Source: Octopus sinensis
Lineage: Eukaryota
Length of the DNA stretch: 44,267 bases
NCBI RefSeq assembly: GCF_006345805.1
Contig: NW_021834924.1
Coordinates: 1-44,267, forward strand
Reading direction: 5' to 3'
Under the pieces are notes generated by a model, which was not told where the DNA came from, made no database searches, and saw only the letters and a list, made by a program, of their open reading frames with translations. Shown here one piece after another: positions 12,540-26,689 of this stretch (the stretch's first letter is position 1; every line of letters begins with the position of its first letter). The translations under genes and the position numbers were made by a program.

Positions 12540-12770
12540 ATGGTGATGGTGATGGTGATTGTGATGGTGTCACTGACAGTTGTCGTTGAGGTGGTGGTGG
12601 TGGTGGTGGTGGTAGTGAAAGTGATCATGGTGGAGGCAATGATAGTTGAGGTAACGATTATACACGAATCGGTGGTGGTGGCGGTGTTGGTGTTGGTGTC
12701 GGTGGTGGTGTTGGTGGTTGTGGCGCTGGCGAAGGTGAAGGTGGTGATAATGGTGATGGTGGGGATGGTC
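12540..12770. repeat. Degenerate (GGT)n microsatellite
   Basis: Seen directly. Confidence 0.9.
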
Positions 12771-12874
12771 GAGCAATAATCTTCGTGGTAATAATGCAGT
12801 TCATAAGGATTGTGAAGATGTTGTGCTTGTTGTTGCCACCAGTAATATTTATTTCAATTCGTGTTAGGTTGTGT

Positions 12875-12912
12875 TAATAAATAATATTACTATTAATAAT
12901 AATAATAATATA

Positions 12913-12954
<42 letters not shown>

Positions 12955-13082
12955 TGATGATAATAATAATAATGATAATAACAATAATAATAATAATAAT
13001 AATGATGATAACAATAACAATAACAACAACAACAACAACAATAATAATATTTATAATAATTATAATAATAATAATAATAATA

Positions 13083-13115
<33 letters not shown>

Positions 13116-13132
13116 TAATAATGATAATAATG

Positions 13133-13195
<63 letters not shown>

Positions 13196-13479
13196 TAATA
13201 ATGATAATTCTGTTTGATAATTATAATGAGAGAAATAAATTTATTCTGGGAAAAATTCCTTAAAAATCATTGTTTCCATGGACTCCTATCCTTAAAAAAG
13301 TGTTCTATAATTATTATTATTATGGATGTTGATTTTGTTATTATTCATGTTATTATCAATAATGATAACAACAGCAACAATAGTAATAATGATAAACATA
13401 ATAATAATAATAATAGTAATAATAATAATAATAATATAATAATAATAATAATAACAATAATAATAATAATAATAATAAC

Positions 13480-13543
<64 letters not shown>

Positions 13544-13610
13544 TTAATAATAATAATGATAATAACAACAATTTTATCATTATCATTATCCCACGCATCA
13601 TCATCATTAA
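12875..13610. repeat. (TAA)n microsatellite arrays
   Basis: Two long TAA blocks, ~12890-13208 and ~13358-13570. Confidence 0.95.
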
Positions 13611-13779
13611 CTTGTAAAAAAATAATTTCTTTAATTCTGAAATTCTTATTCGTTAATTCTCCAAGCCGTAATTCTTTTTTTTATATATTTTAATTATTCA
13701 AATCCATAATTTTTTTGATTTTCCTTAATATTTCATTTCTATAATAATTTCATTCCGAGGAATTCATTAACTCATATAT

Positions 13780-13824
13780 GTTTATGAATGTGTGTGTATG
13801 TGCATATGTAAATAGATATATATG

Positions 13825-13911
<87 letters not shown>

Positions 13912-13992
13912 GTGTATATACGTATATATGTATAAACATGTATACTTATATAAATACACACGCATTTATTTGTTTAAATATGTGTATATAAA

Positions 13993-14053
<61 letters not shown>

Positions 14054-14215
14054 GGAGAGAGAGTGAGAGAGAGAAATAGATAGATAGATAGAACGTTTCA
14101 TACAAATGTATGCATATGTATATATACATACATACATGTAGTAGTACATACATCCATACGTATATACAACGATACATACATATATAAATCCATATATACA
14201 CACATACGCATACTG
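13780..14215. repeat. (TA)n/(GA)n/(CATA)n microsatellite
   Basis: Seen directly. Confidence 0.92.
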
Positions 14216-14536
14216 CAATATCCTGGCATATCCGGATTTATCAATGCCGGAATATTATCATGATACCAAAAATTCATTACATTTTTTGTTATTTAACAAA
14301 GAAAACACGATGTGAAAGTAGAAAGGCAATTTAAGATATCACTTCTACAGATACTTAGCAAATTTCTGCTGATTGCCAAATTTATAAGATTGTAAATATA
14401 TTAGATCGTCAGATTAATTCGTTCGTTTTCTTTTCCTGTTCGTTTAAAAGTGTGATTTCACGTTGGTGGGCCTTGCTAGGGTAATTACACCTATGACGAT
14501 ACATGTACGCGCATTATTATTACTATTATTATTATT

Positions 14537-14880
14537 GAGTGAGAGAGCAGTTCATGCCATCAAAGTGACACTGCGGTAAAATATACGAAGCCCAATATAC
14601 CCATCATGACTACCTGTCTGATAAAGGTACACCAGGAACATGCATCACAACCATATGTACGCGACATGGTGATCTCATATCAAGGTAAACAGCGCATGAC
14701 CTTGCAGGTGGGGCCCAGTTAGAATTTTCTTCTGGTCGAGTAGCCCATCCCGCTCAAAAGGTCCCTGAATAAGGATTGTTTAAGAATGTTGAACCCATAT
14801 TTCCAAAGACGAACTATCCAAACCTGTAAGAAATTCCTTTCAACACACGGCTATGATGCCCCCTCCCACTACCTTTGATC
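14537..14880 (-). mobile_element. Unclassified interspersed repeat embedded in (TTA)n, copy 1
   Basis: About 14582-14875 aligns by eye with ~17811-18120; TTA repeats on both flanks; strand inferred from the (TAA)n-like tail and a G-U-rich hairpin on the minus strand. Confidence 0.75.
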
Positions 14881-14893
14881 GTTATTGGTATTA

Positions 14894-14954
<61 letters not shown>

Positions 14955-14972
14955 CATTATTATTATTATTGA

Positions 14973-15185
14973 GGCGAGACCTCGCAGAATCGTTAGCACG
15001 CCGAACAAAATGCTTAGCGGCATTTTGGCCCAACTTACAATTTGAGTTCAAATGTTACGGGGTTCGATTTTGCTTTCATCTTTTCAGGGTCGATAAATTA
15101 AGTACCGGTAAAATTCTGGGGTCGATATAATATACTATTCCCCTCTCACAAAACATCAGGCCTTCTGCTTATAACAGAAAATAGT
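14973..15185 (+). mobile_element. SINE (GGCGGCGAGCTGGCAGAA family, ordinary tail)
   Basis: gcagaatcgttagcacgccgaacaaaatgcttagcgg...ctttcatcttttcagggtcgataaattaagtacc...caggccttctgcttataacagaaa. Confidence 0.85.
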
Positions 15186-15189
15186 AAAT

Positions 15190-15731
15190 AGTGTGTAAAG
15201 TTCAAAGGCAATCCACCAGTGAGAAGTGTCGGAAGATTTAAAGGGGAAAAAGTGCGTACAATCAATTTTTTCCAGGTTTTCGTGCTTTTTTGTCGGGCAG
15301 GGATAATTTTCGGCATAAAACAGATACTTGATAGAACTGCTGGTATTTTAGCCGTAAAAACCAAAGAAATCGGACTTTCCAGTAAATAAGTTTTGTACCG
15401 TGTAACCCTCCAAAAATGCAAAAAATCGATTTTTTTCGAAGGTTTTGTCTGAAATGTTGCACGAAAATTATAAAAATCGGACATTACTTTAAAACCTTTT
15501 TCCACGTGCAACTTGCCTTTTTTTTGCAATAATTGATGCGGTTACTTTAGTTTTATCGATTTTTCTCCTAGAATATCGTATCTCTAGGCATCGTTTATGG
15601 GGCAGTGACCTGCTTGGGTAAATTTGCCATTTAATAAAAAAAAAATGTCATCGAAATCGGATGAAAAATGTGGAAACGCATGAAAGGCACACACATACAC
15701 ACACACACACATTTTGAGTTTTATAGATATA
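15190..15731 (-). mobile_element. Partial non-autonomous Helitron-like element
   Basis: Right end aaaaatgtggaaacgcatgaaaggcacacac...ttttatagatatag parallels the right end of 10781-11146 (aattgtggatttgtataaaggacacacac...tttatatatagag); no CTAG hairpin found at the other end. Confidence 0.5.
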
Positions 15732-15734
15732 GTT

Positions 15735-15898
15735 ATATATATGTGTGTGCGTGCGTGTGGGTGTATTTATTTATATACTGGCGTATATACATAAATAAAT
15801 GAATATATATATATATATATGTATATGTATTTATAAACAAATGAATAAATATATATATATATGTATATGTTTTTATATATATGTGTGCATATACATGT

Positions 15899-15940
<42 letters not shown>

Positions 15941-16683
15941 TTATATACATGTAGGTATATATATTCATGTGTATATATTATTTACATACGTATGCATACA
16001 TATACATATACATAGACACACAGACACACCGGGACTCTATTTCTCCCTCTCTCTCTTTCTCACACACACACATACACACACTTATATATAATATATTTAT
16101 AGTCCTGTATTTGCATTTTTATGTGTGTATATATAAATATATATTAATATACCCAAAAAATTATTTACAAATAAATAAATACACACATATATGCATGAGG
16201 AGGTTAATATACCCATTGCTGCGTGTATAAAGCTTTGTATAAGTGTTTATCACGCATGAAATATATTTATATGGAACAAACAATTAGAGAATAAATTATT
16301 CTTATAACAAGATAGAAATGCAAACAACCAGGACCAAAGTCATTTTACCCAGCTAAAATCACACGTATATATATGTGTTTGGTTTTGTGAGTCTTTAAGT
16401 GTGTGCATATGTGTGTGGTGGGTTGGTTGCGCTTCTGTATATCTTCTGTGTGTTTGTGTGTGTGTGTGTGGTGTGTGTGTGCACGCGTGACAGAGAGCGG
16501 GAGCGGTGTTTACGTGTTTTGTTGCACGTGTGTGTGAGTTTCCTGAATAAACGCAAGGGGGTGTGAAACCTTGTTTAATAACGGAATGAATCGTCAACAT
16601 CTCTCTTGTAAGAGGAAATTCACTTTATTTCATTAAGGAATCCATCCATCCATCCATCCATCCATCCATACTTCCATCTAGAA

Positions 16684-16725
<42 letters not shown>

Positions 16726-16759
16726 GTGTGAGTATGTATGTTTGAAAGTATGTATGTAT

Positions 16760-16790
<31 letters not shown>

Positions 16791-17040
16791 CATATATATA
16801 TATACGTACATATATATATTTATATATATATATATATATATACATACATATATATAAGTATATATATATACATATATATATATGTATATATATATATACA
16901 AATATATAGATATATATACACACATATATATTCATATATACATATATATACATATATACATATATATATACATATATATTCACCTGCATGTCTATATTAA
17001 TATATAGACACATGTGTATATAAGGTGTGTGAGTGTGTGT
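15735..17040. repeat. (TA)n/(CA)n/(TG)n/(CCAT)n/(TCTA)n microsatellite blocks
   Basis: Seen directly, with short unique spacers. Confidence 0.85.
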
Positions 17041-17497
17041 TATTTTATATAATGTGATGTAGGTTTGTATCTCAGAAATGAAATATTTATACGCTTCTCA
17101 TGGTCGACATTGATCTCTATAGCCGTTTCAGCACTAATTGCATCCACTGTCGCCTCATTGACCAGAAATGAAATCACCATTTTCTCAGAAATTGTTATTT
17201 CAATAATTCTAGATATTCACTTACACTTCCTTCAATTCTACAGATAACTTTTCAGAAATCAGTAATTTAATCTCTAACCCAGCTGTCCACAATTGTGTTT
17301 CACAGATTTTCCAACTGGATCAGATGCGAAACTGCAGTGACATATCTTCTGTCACCATTTTCGATTTCTCTGAAATACGTGCGTCTGACGAACCGATACC
17401 GTTTGCAATTCGTAGCAACAGTATTATTTATCCTTCTCTTTCCTGATGTCCCCACTTGTTGTCGATATTGCTCTTTACCGAATCAAATACCACAGCC

Positions 17498-17800
17498 GTA
17501 CTCTCTTTCTTTTATTTGTTTCAGTCATTTGACTGCGGCCATGCTGGAGCACCGCCTTTAGTCGAGAAAATCGACTCCAGGACTTATTCTTTATAAGCCT
17601 AATACTTATTCTATCGGTCTCTTTTGCCGAACCGCTAGTTGATGGGGATGTAAACACCCCAGCACCGGTTTTAAAGCGATGTTGGGGGGACAAACACAGA
17701 GCCATAAACATATATACACACACACGCACACACCACACACACACACATATATATATACTACAGGCTTCTTTCAGTTTCCATCTACCAAATCCACTCACAA
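17498..17800 (-). mobile_element. 5'-truncated SINE of the family at 28771-29178
   Basis: tttcagtcatttgactgcggccatgctggagcaccgcctttagtcgag...aggcttctttcagtttccatctaccaaatccactcacaag. Confidence 0.88.
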
Positions 17801-17810
17801 GACTGTGAGT

Positions 17811-18794
17811 GTATACGAAGCCCAGTATACCCACCATGACTACCCGTCTGATAAGGGTACACCAGGCACATGCATCACAAACATATATGCGCGACATGGT
17901 GATCTCATATCAAGAGAAACAGTGTATGACCTTGCAAGTGTGGCCCAGTTCGAATTTTCTTGTTGGCGAGTAGCCCATCCCGCTCGAAAGGTCCCTGAAT
18001 AAGGATTGTTTAAGGATGCTGAGCGAACCACCCATGTTTCCAAATGTGAATTATCCAAACCTCCAAGAATTCCTTTCAACACACGGATATGATGCTCCCC
18101 CACTACTTCTGCTTGTGATCAGAGATGCACATATCGTCAGCCACTAAGGGACATGCTCAACTGGTTAAGGTCAAACAACTGACAAGCAAATCTGTGGTAC
18201 TGAGCAGAATATTTGCTGTAGCCCATCTTTTATACCAAGACAAAACAATGTGCATGATAACACTTCCAATCAGTTAAGATCAGATACCATAAGAGCCACT
18301 GCCTGGTACTGCATCAGGGCATTCACCTCCTCCAAGAATCCCTTTCAACACATGGCTATGATGCTCCCCCACTACTTCTGCTTGTGATCAGAGATGTACA
18401 TATCGTCAGCCACTAAGGGACATGCTCAACTGGTTAAGGTCAAACAACTGACAAGCAAATCTGTGGTACTGAGCAGAATATTTGCTGTAGCCCATCTTTT
18501 ATACCAAGACAAAACAATGTGCATGATAACACTTCCAATCAGTTAAGATCAGATACCATAAGAGCCACTGCCTGGTACTGCATCAGGGCATTCACCTCCT
18601 CCAAGAATCCCTTTCAACACATGGCTATGATACTCCGCCACTACTTCTGCTCGTGATCAGAGATGCACATATTGTCAGCCACGAAGGGACATGCTCAACT
18701 GGTTAAGGTCAAACAACTGACAAGCAAATCTGTGGTATGGAGCAGAATATTTGCTGTAGCCCATCTTTTGTATCAAGACAAAACAATGAACATG
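17811..18794 (-). mobile_element. Unclassified interspersed repeat, copy 2, with a tandemly amplified 269-bp end
   Basis: Homologous to 14582-14875 and continues into the tandem array. Confidence 0.75.
18061..18794. repeat. Tandem repeat, 269-bp unit, about 2.7 copies
   Basis: ctccaagaat recurs at 18061, 18330 and 18599; units 1 and 2 are nearly identical. Confidence 0.95.
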
Positions 18795-20303
18795 TTATTA
18801 TTATTATTATTATTATCATTATTATTATTGTTGTTATTATTATCCTCATTATTATTATTATTATTGTTATTATTATTGTTGTTGTTGTTGTTATTTTATT
18901 ATTATATTATTATAGTATTATTATTATTGTTGTTGTTGTTATTATTATTTATTATATTATAATTGTTATTATTATTGTTGTTGTTGTTGTTATTATTATA
19001 TTATATTATTATATTATTATTATATTATTGTTGTTGTTGTTGTTATTATTATTATTATATTATTATTGTTATTATTATTGTTGTTGTTGTTATTATTATT
19101 ATTATTTATTATTGTTATATTATTGTTGTGTTGTGTGTATTATTATTATTATTATTATTATCATTATTATTATTGTTGGTTTGTTATATTATCCTCATTA
19201 TTATTATTATTATTGTTATTATTATTGTTGTTGTTGTTGTTATTATTATTATTATATTATTATTATTATTATTATTGTTGTTGTTGTTGTTTTATTATTA
19301 TTATATTATTATTGTTATTATTATTGTTGTTGTTGTTGTTATTATTATTATTTATTATATTATTATTATTGTTGTTGTTGTTGTTATTATTATATTATAT
19401 TATTATTGTTATTATTATTGTTGTTGTTGTTGTTATTATTATTATTATTATTATCATTATTTTTATGTTGTTGTTATTATTATCCTCATTATTATTATTA
19501 TTATTGTTATTATTATTGTTGTTGTTGTTGTTATTATTATTATTATATTATTATTATTATTATTATTGTTGTTGTTGTTGTTATTATTATTATTATATTA
19601 TTATTGTTATTATTATTGTTGTTGTTGTTGTTATTATTATTATTATTATTATCATTATTATTATTGTTGTTGTTATTATTAGCCTCATTATTATTATTAT
19701 TATTGTTATTATTATTGTTGTTGTTGTTGTTATTATTATTATTATATTATTATTATTATTATTGTTGTTGTTGTTGTTATTATTATTATTATATTATTAT
19801 TGTTATTATTATTGTTGTTGTTGTTGTTATTATTATTATTATTATTATTATCATTATTATTATTGTTGTTGTTATTATTATCCTCATTATTATTATTATT
19901 ATTGTTATTATTATTGTTGTTGTTGTTGTTATTATTATTATTATATTATTATTATTATTATTATTGTTGTTGTTGTTGTTATTATTATTATTATATTATT
20001 ATTGTTATTATTATTGTTGTTGTTGTTGTTTATTATTATTATTATATTATTATTATTATTATTATTGTTGTTGTTGTTGTTATTATTATTATTATATTAT
20101 TATTGTTATTATTATTGTTGTTGTTGTTGTTATTATTATTATTATATTATTATAGTTATTATTATTGTTGTTGTTGTTATTATTATTATTATTATATTAT
20201 TATTATTATTATTATTGTTGTTGTTATTATTATTATTATATTATTATTGTTATTATTATTGTTGTTGTTATTATTATTATTATATTATTATTATTATTAT
20301 TAT
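18795..20303. repeat. 1.5-kb compound (TTA)n/(TTG)n array with higher-order structure
   Basis: Alternating TTA and TTG runs with recurrent cctca and atcatt interruptions. Confidence 0.97.
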
Positions 20304-20380
20304 CATGGTTACTGCCTGGAATCAAACGTGAAATCTTGGACTTAGTAGCCCGCGCTCTTAACTACTACGCCATACGCCCT
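20304..20380 (-). mobile_element. tRNA-derived SINE head (tRNA-like pseudo-sequence) running into (TAA)n
   Basis: Minus strand: agggcgtatggcgtagtagttaagagcgcgggctactaagtccaagatttcacgtttgattccaggcag; A box present, B box degenerate. Confidence 0.65.
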
Positions 20381-20589
20381 TCAAATGTGAATAAAGTAAA
20401 TAATTTAAATAATGTACATAATCCATCTCTTAAGTATAAAAGTATATCATACTTTTGTAGCTTTCGCAATAGAAATTTGTGCCCGTTCCACTCGGTGTTT
20501 ATTGCCATTTATCCATGTTTCTCCATTTTTCTTCCTATAGTAAATTTGTAGCGTATTTGACAGTTGTTTTGTATTTTGCTTTTTTACTC

Positions 20590-21425
20590 GTTGTTTATGT
20601 TTTTTATTGTTATTACTGCCACTGTTGTTGTTGTTGTTGTTGTTGTTGCACCTGCTGTTATTCTCGTTGTTTACTGTCTGGTTCCATTTGCCGTCAGCGC
20701 TGCCAGCAGTATGGTTAATAGAGCTGTTCATTCTGCTGCTGCTGCTGGTGTGTTGTTTTTTGCGGTCGGTTGTGGTGGCGCCAATGCTGTTGTCATCAAT
20801 GCTGCTGTTGCCGCTTCTGCTGCTGCTGTTCGTCCTAATGCTGTTGTTGTTGTTGCTGGTTTCTGTGGCTGCTTTTTCTACTGCCACTCTTGCTAAAAAT
20901 GATGCTGTTGTTGTTGTTACTGCGGCTGTCTTATGGCTTCTTGCTGCTGTTGTTGTTTACGTTCTTGTTGTTGCTGGTGTTGCTCTTAGTGGCAGTGGTG
21001 GTGGTAGTGGTGGCGGTTGTGGTGGGGTGTGGTAGTTGTGGTGGTGGTTGAGGTGGGGTGGTGGTGGTGGTGGGGTTGTACTGGTGCTGGTGGGGGTGAT
21101 GGTGGTGCTGGTGGTGGTGATGGTGGCGGTGATGGTGGTGGTGGTAGTGATGGTGGTGGTGGTGGTGATGGTGGTGGTGGCGGTGATGGTGGTGGTGGTG
21201 GCGGGGGTGATGGCGGTGGTGGTGATGTTGGTGGTAGTAGTGGGGGTGATAAAGGTGGTTGTGGTGGTGGTTTTGGCGGTGGTGGTGGTGCTGCTGCTGG
21301 TGGTGATGGTTGTGCTGATGGTGGTGGTGGTGTTGTTTGTAGTGGTAGCGGTGGTGGTAATAGTTGTGGTGGTGATGGTGGCAATGCTGGTGGTGGTGGT
21401 ATTGGTGGTGGTGGTGGTGGTGGTG
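20590..21425. repeat. Degenerate (GTT)/(GCT)n grading into (GGT)n trinucleotide array
   Basis: Seen directly. Confidence 0.92.
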
Positions 21426-21726
21426 TGATGCACTTGGAAGATTTTTGGCTGCCTCGTCCTTTTGCCACGCGCTTTTGCTGTGCGTACGTGTACGAGTGTG
21501 TGTATGAGTGCACGTGTGAGTGTGTGTGTGTGATAGAGGGAGAGAAAGAGAAATAGAGAGATAGAGAGAGACTTGGAGTTGCCAATAAGTTGTGCCTTAG
21601 GGGTTATGACTTCGGTTTCAACTGTAACATCCCTCATTCACTTTGTCGCCCCACCCTATTTTCTGGCAATTTCCCGAATCTGTTACATTCGTTATTTATA
21701 TTTGTGGAAACAGGCAGCAGTGCCAA

Positions 21727-21785
<59 letters not shown>

Positions 21786-21801
21786 TTACTACTACTACTA
21801 T
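21727..21801. repeat. (TAC)n microsatellite
   Basis: Near-perfect run. Confidence 0.97.
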
Positions 21802-21964
21802 TAACGAAAATAATGATAATGATTTTCGCATTAGCCACAGGGTCAAATATGAGAGACACATCACAAGGACACTCTCCAAAGTGTCGGTCAGGGTTTGCGT
21901 GAAAGGTGAGAAGAAAAATGGAAAAGATGTTGAAATGAGATATAAAATACAGCGAGTAGTACAA

Positions 21965-22093
21965 AGTTTGTGATAACATGGATGATGCAATTCGCATGGT
22001 TCCGGTTCAGTCCCACTGCGTGGCACACGTCTTGTATTATAGCACCGGATGACGAAGGCAATGTGTGGGTTTAGACGGAAATTAAAATAAGCC

Positions 22094-22095
<2 letters not shown>
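21965..22095 (+). mobile_element. Degenerate 5' fragment of SINE (28771-29178 family)
   Basis: catggttccggttcagtcccactgcgtggcac...gtcttgtattatagc...ttagacggaaattaaaataagccgt. Confidence 0.6.
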
Positions 22096-22146
<51 letters not shown>

Positions 22147-22149
<3 letters not shown>

Positions 22150-22300
22150 AGATTTTATGAATAAAACAAAAGACGAAGTCAGGTGGTGTACAGAACAAAC
22201 AGATGTATAAGTATGACGCTCAGGAATAGAAAAAGTATTTTACGTTTCGAGCCTATGCTCTTCTAGAGAAAGGGATGCAGAACAAACAAGGAGAAAAAAA
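22147..22300 (-). mobile_element. Probable Penelope-like element terminal fragment with a degenerate hammerhead-like motif
   Basis: Abuts (TA)n; shares gtat...tgacgctca.gaa and acgtttcgagc...gctcttc with 42136-42312. Confidence 0.5.
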
Positions 22301-22303
22301 TGT

Positions 22304-22395
22304 GTGATCGGAGACAAAAACATACACACAGACATACAACATGCATACATACAACTCTCTCTCCCTCTCTCTCTCTCTCCCTTTCTATAAATATA

Positions 22396-22478
<83 letters not shown>

Positions 22479-22549
22479 GGGAGAAAGAGGGAGAGAGAGA
22501 GTTGTATATATGCATGTATATTTGTGTGTATGTATTTGTCTCCGATCAC
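22304..22549. repeat. Fold-back inverted repeat around (CT)n-(TA)n-(GA)n
   Basis: gtgatcggagacaaaaacatacacac...caactctctctccctct versus agagggagagagagttg...gtgtgtatgtatttgtctccgatcac. Confidence 0.85.
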
Positions 22550-22939
22550 CGCCTTACAAAGAATAGATACCAGTGTTTGGAAACAAATAAATCGTGAGGT
22601 TGATTCGTTCGTGTAACATTGCTGAAGGCCGTGTCTCAGCATGGACGCAAATCTAATGACTCACACAAGTAAATGATAAAATATAAAGTACGGTGTCACG
22701 TTTCCTGTTTAATTATCTATTATAAACCGTCTTCTTGTCTTTTCCTCTGATTTAAGTTGTCTAAACGTTTCTAAGGTGTGAGGCTGTTCTTACTGTTGTT
22801 TCTATCGTTGGGCTTGGTATTTTGGTGTTTGGATATTACATCATTTTAGATTTTCACGTTCCGTTCCTGCTGTTGCGGATAAAACATGCTGTTTATTGTT
22901 ACACTGATGTTTGCTGGAGATGTTGATGTTGTAGGAGAT

Positions 22940-23516
22940 GACGCGGATTAGATGCTGCTGCTGCTGATGATGGTTGTGGTGGTGGTGACCTTGACGACGA
23001 TGATGTCGGTGATGTTGGCGTTATCGTTGGTAATGATGATTCTATAAGCGATAATGTTTGGAATGATGATAACGTCGATGATGACGATGAAGAGGGTGAT
23101 GATGTTAATGATGATGATGGTGAGGAGGAGGAGGAGGATAATGACGAAGAAGATGGGGAAGGTAATAATAGTGATGATGATGATGATAATAACGATGATG
23201 AGGATGAGGATGATGGGGAGGATAATGACGGTGAGAATGAGGATGATGATGACGACGATGATGATGACGACGATGATGAAAATGATGAAGTGGATGACGA
23301 TGATGATGATTATGAATATGATGATGATTTTGACGATGACGACGACGATGATGATGATGATGATGATAATGATGAGGATGAAAATGATGTGGATGATGAT
23401 GGATGATGATGATGATGATGAAGATGTTGATAGTAATAATGAGAATATAATGATGATCATGATCATGATGAAGATGCTGTTGATGATGAAGATGATGACG
23501 CACACGGTGATGATAT

Positions 23517-23565
<49 letters not shown>

Positions 23566-23590
23566 CATAATCATGATCAAGATGAAGATC
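22940..23590. repeat. Degenerate (GAT)n microsatellite
   Basis: Seen directly; source of the poly-Met/poly-His ORFs. Confidence 0.93.
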
Positions 23591-23927
23591 CAATAACTTT
23601 AAGAGAAAAAAAGGCAAAGAATTCCAGAACGAACCTGTACTGATTTGTTTTTTTATTGCCAGAAGGGCGACGAATGAACGACATTACATTGGCAATTAAT
23701 ATAACAATGAATGACGATGAGGACATATATTACGCTTCGGCTATCATTGCTGCTGCACTTGCTGCAGATGTTGCCGGGGAGAAGTATAGGGAGAATGTGC
23801 AAAGGTAGGGGTGGGAGTAGGTCTGAATGTATCAGGAGCATAGGGAGGGGGAACGGGGCTGATTTGGAATGGCTACAAGGACAACAAGAGTAATGAACAC
23901 TTACGACTGAATGCCTACTATCTTTGT

Positions 23928-25972
<2,045 letters not shown>

Positions 25973-26689
25973 GAATGTTATTGCTGTTGCCTCTGCTACA
26001 TTTATTGGCCTTGTTTTGCCGTCATGATAAAATTATCATTATAAATGTGATTTTGAGCATTATGATTATTACGGCGAATATTATCATTGCTGCCGCTGCT
26101 GCTGTTGCTGCCGCTTCCCCTTGCTGCCACCTATGGCGTCAGTGTTGCCGATGTTGGCGCCTTTGTGTTTGCATTTGTTGTTGCTATTATTGTTTCTGTT
26201 GTTGCTGTGGTTTTATAGTTTTAAATTTTAAATTTCTGTCATTGTGTACTGGTGGGTATTTTATTTTTGCAACAAAAAAAAATTTTTTGTCTTTTAGTTC
26301 TCATTTTGGTTCTGTTTTTTTTTTCTTTAATTTTGTACTGCTTTTAGGAATTTAAGAAGAAAATAAACGTGATTTTCCAATTAAGAATAGCAATTAAACA
26401 CAACAACAACAACATCAATGACAACAAGTGCAACACTTTAAAATTGAACCGTAGATGAAAAATGAAATAAAATTCATTATAATTGAAATGAGAAGACATA
26501 AGAAAATTAATTGTCATTGTATTTGTTGCTTTTTATTTTTTAGCCCTGAGTCGGTAACCAACAAGCAGATCTATGATCAAAGCATTCCAGAAACGACCAT
26601 CAATATACAGATTTTTTTAATTCAATATTACAAGAACTATAATATATCGAGCTTTTTGCTTTGAGGTTCTGGTGTATAGCTGGCTTAAA

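Noticed and set aside
16413-16599. Possible solo LTR (TG...CA with internal AATAAA)
   Set aside because: No matching target-site duplication; the start lies within a TG microsatellite
18070-18145. Minus-strand CTGACGA...GAAA in the 269-bp unit as a hammerhead/retrozyme
   Set aside because: The sequence between the two motifs does not close a stem II, and no stem I/III could be built
18737-20345. Longest ORFs (472 and 421 aa)
   Set aside because: Pure (TTA/TTG)n translation giving poly-I/L/Y/C/V; no coding signal
20304-20380. Functional tRNA gene
   Set aside because: T-loop/B box is degenerate and the acceptor stem does not pair; better explained as a SINE head
21017-21556. Gly-rich and Pro/His-rich ORFs (also 36783-37406) as structural proteins such as suckerins or beak proteins
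   Set aside because: Open in most frames because of (GGT)n/(CAC)n; no signal peptide or GGY/GHG modular motifs
23054-23596. Met-rich ORF as a reflectin
   Set aside because: (GAT)n microsatellite; lacks the Tyr/Arg/Trp-rich composition and spaced MD repeats of reflectins
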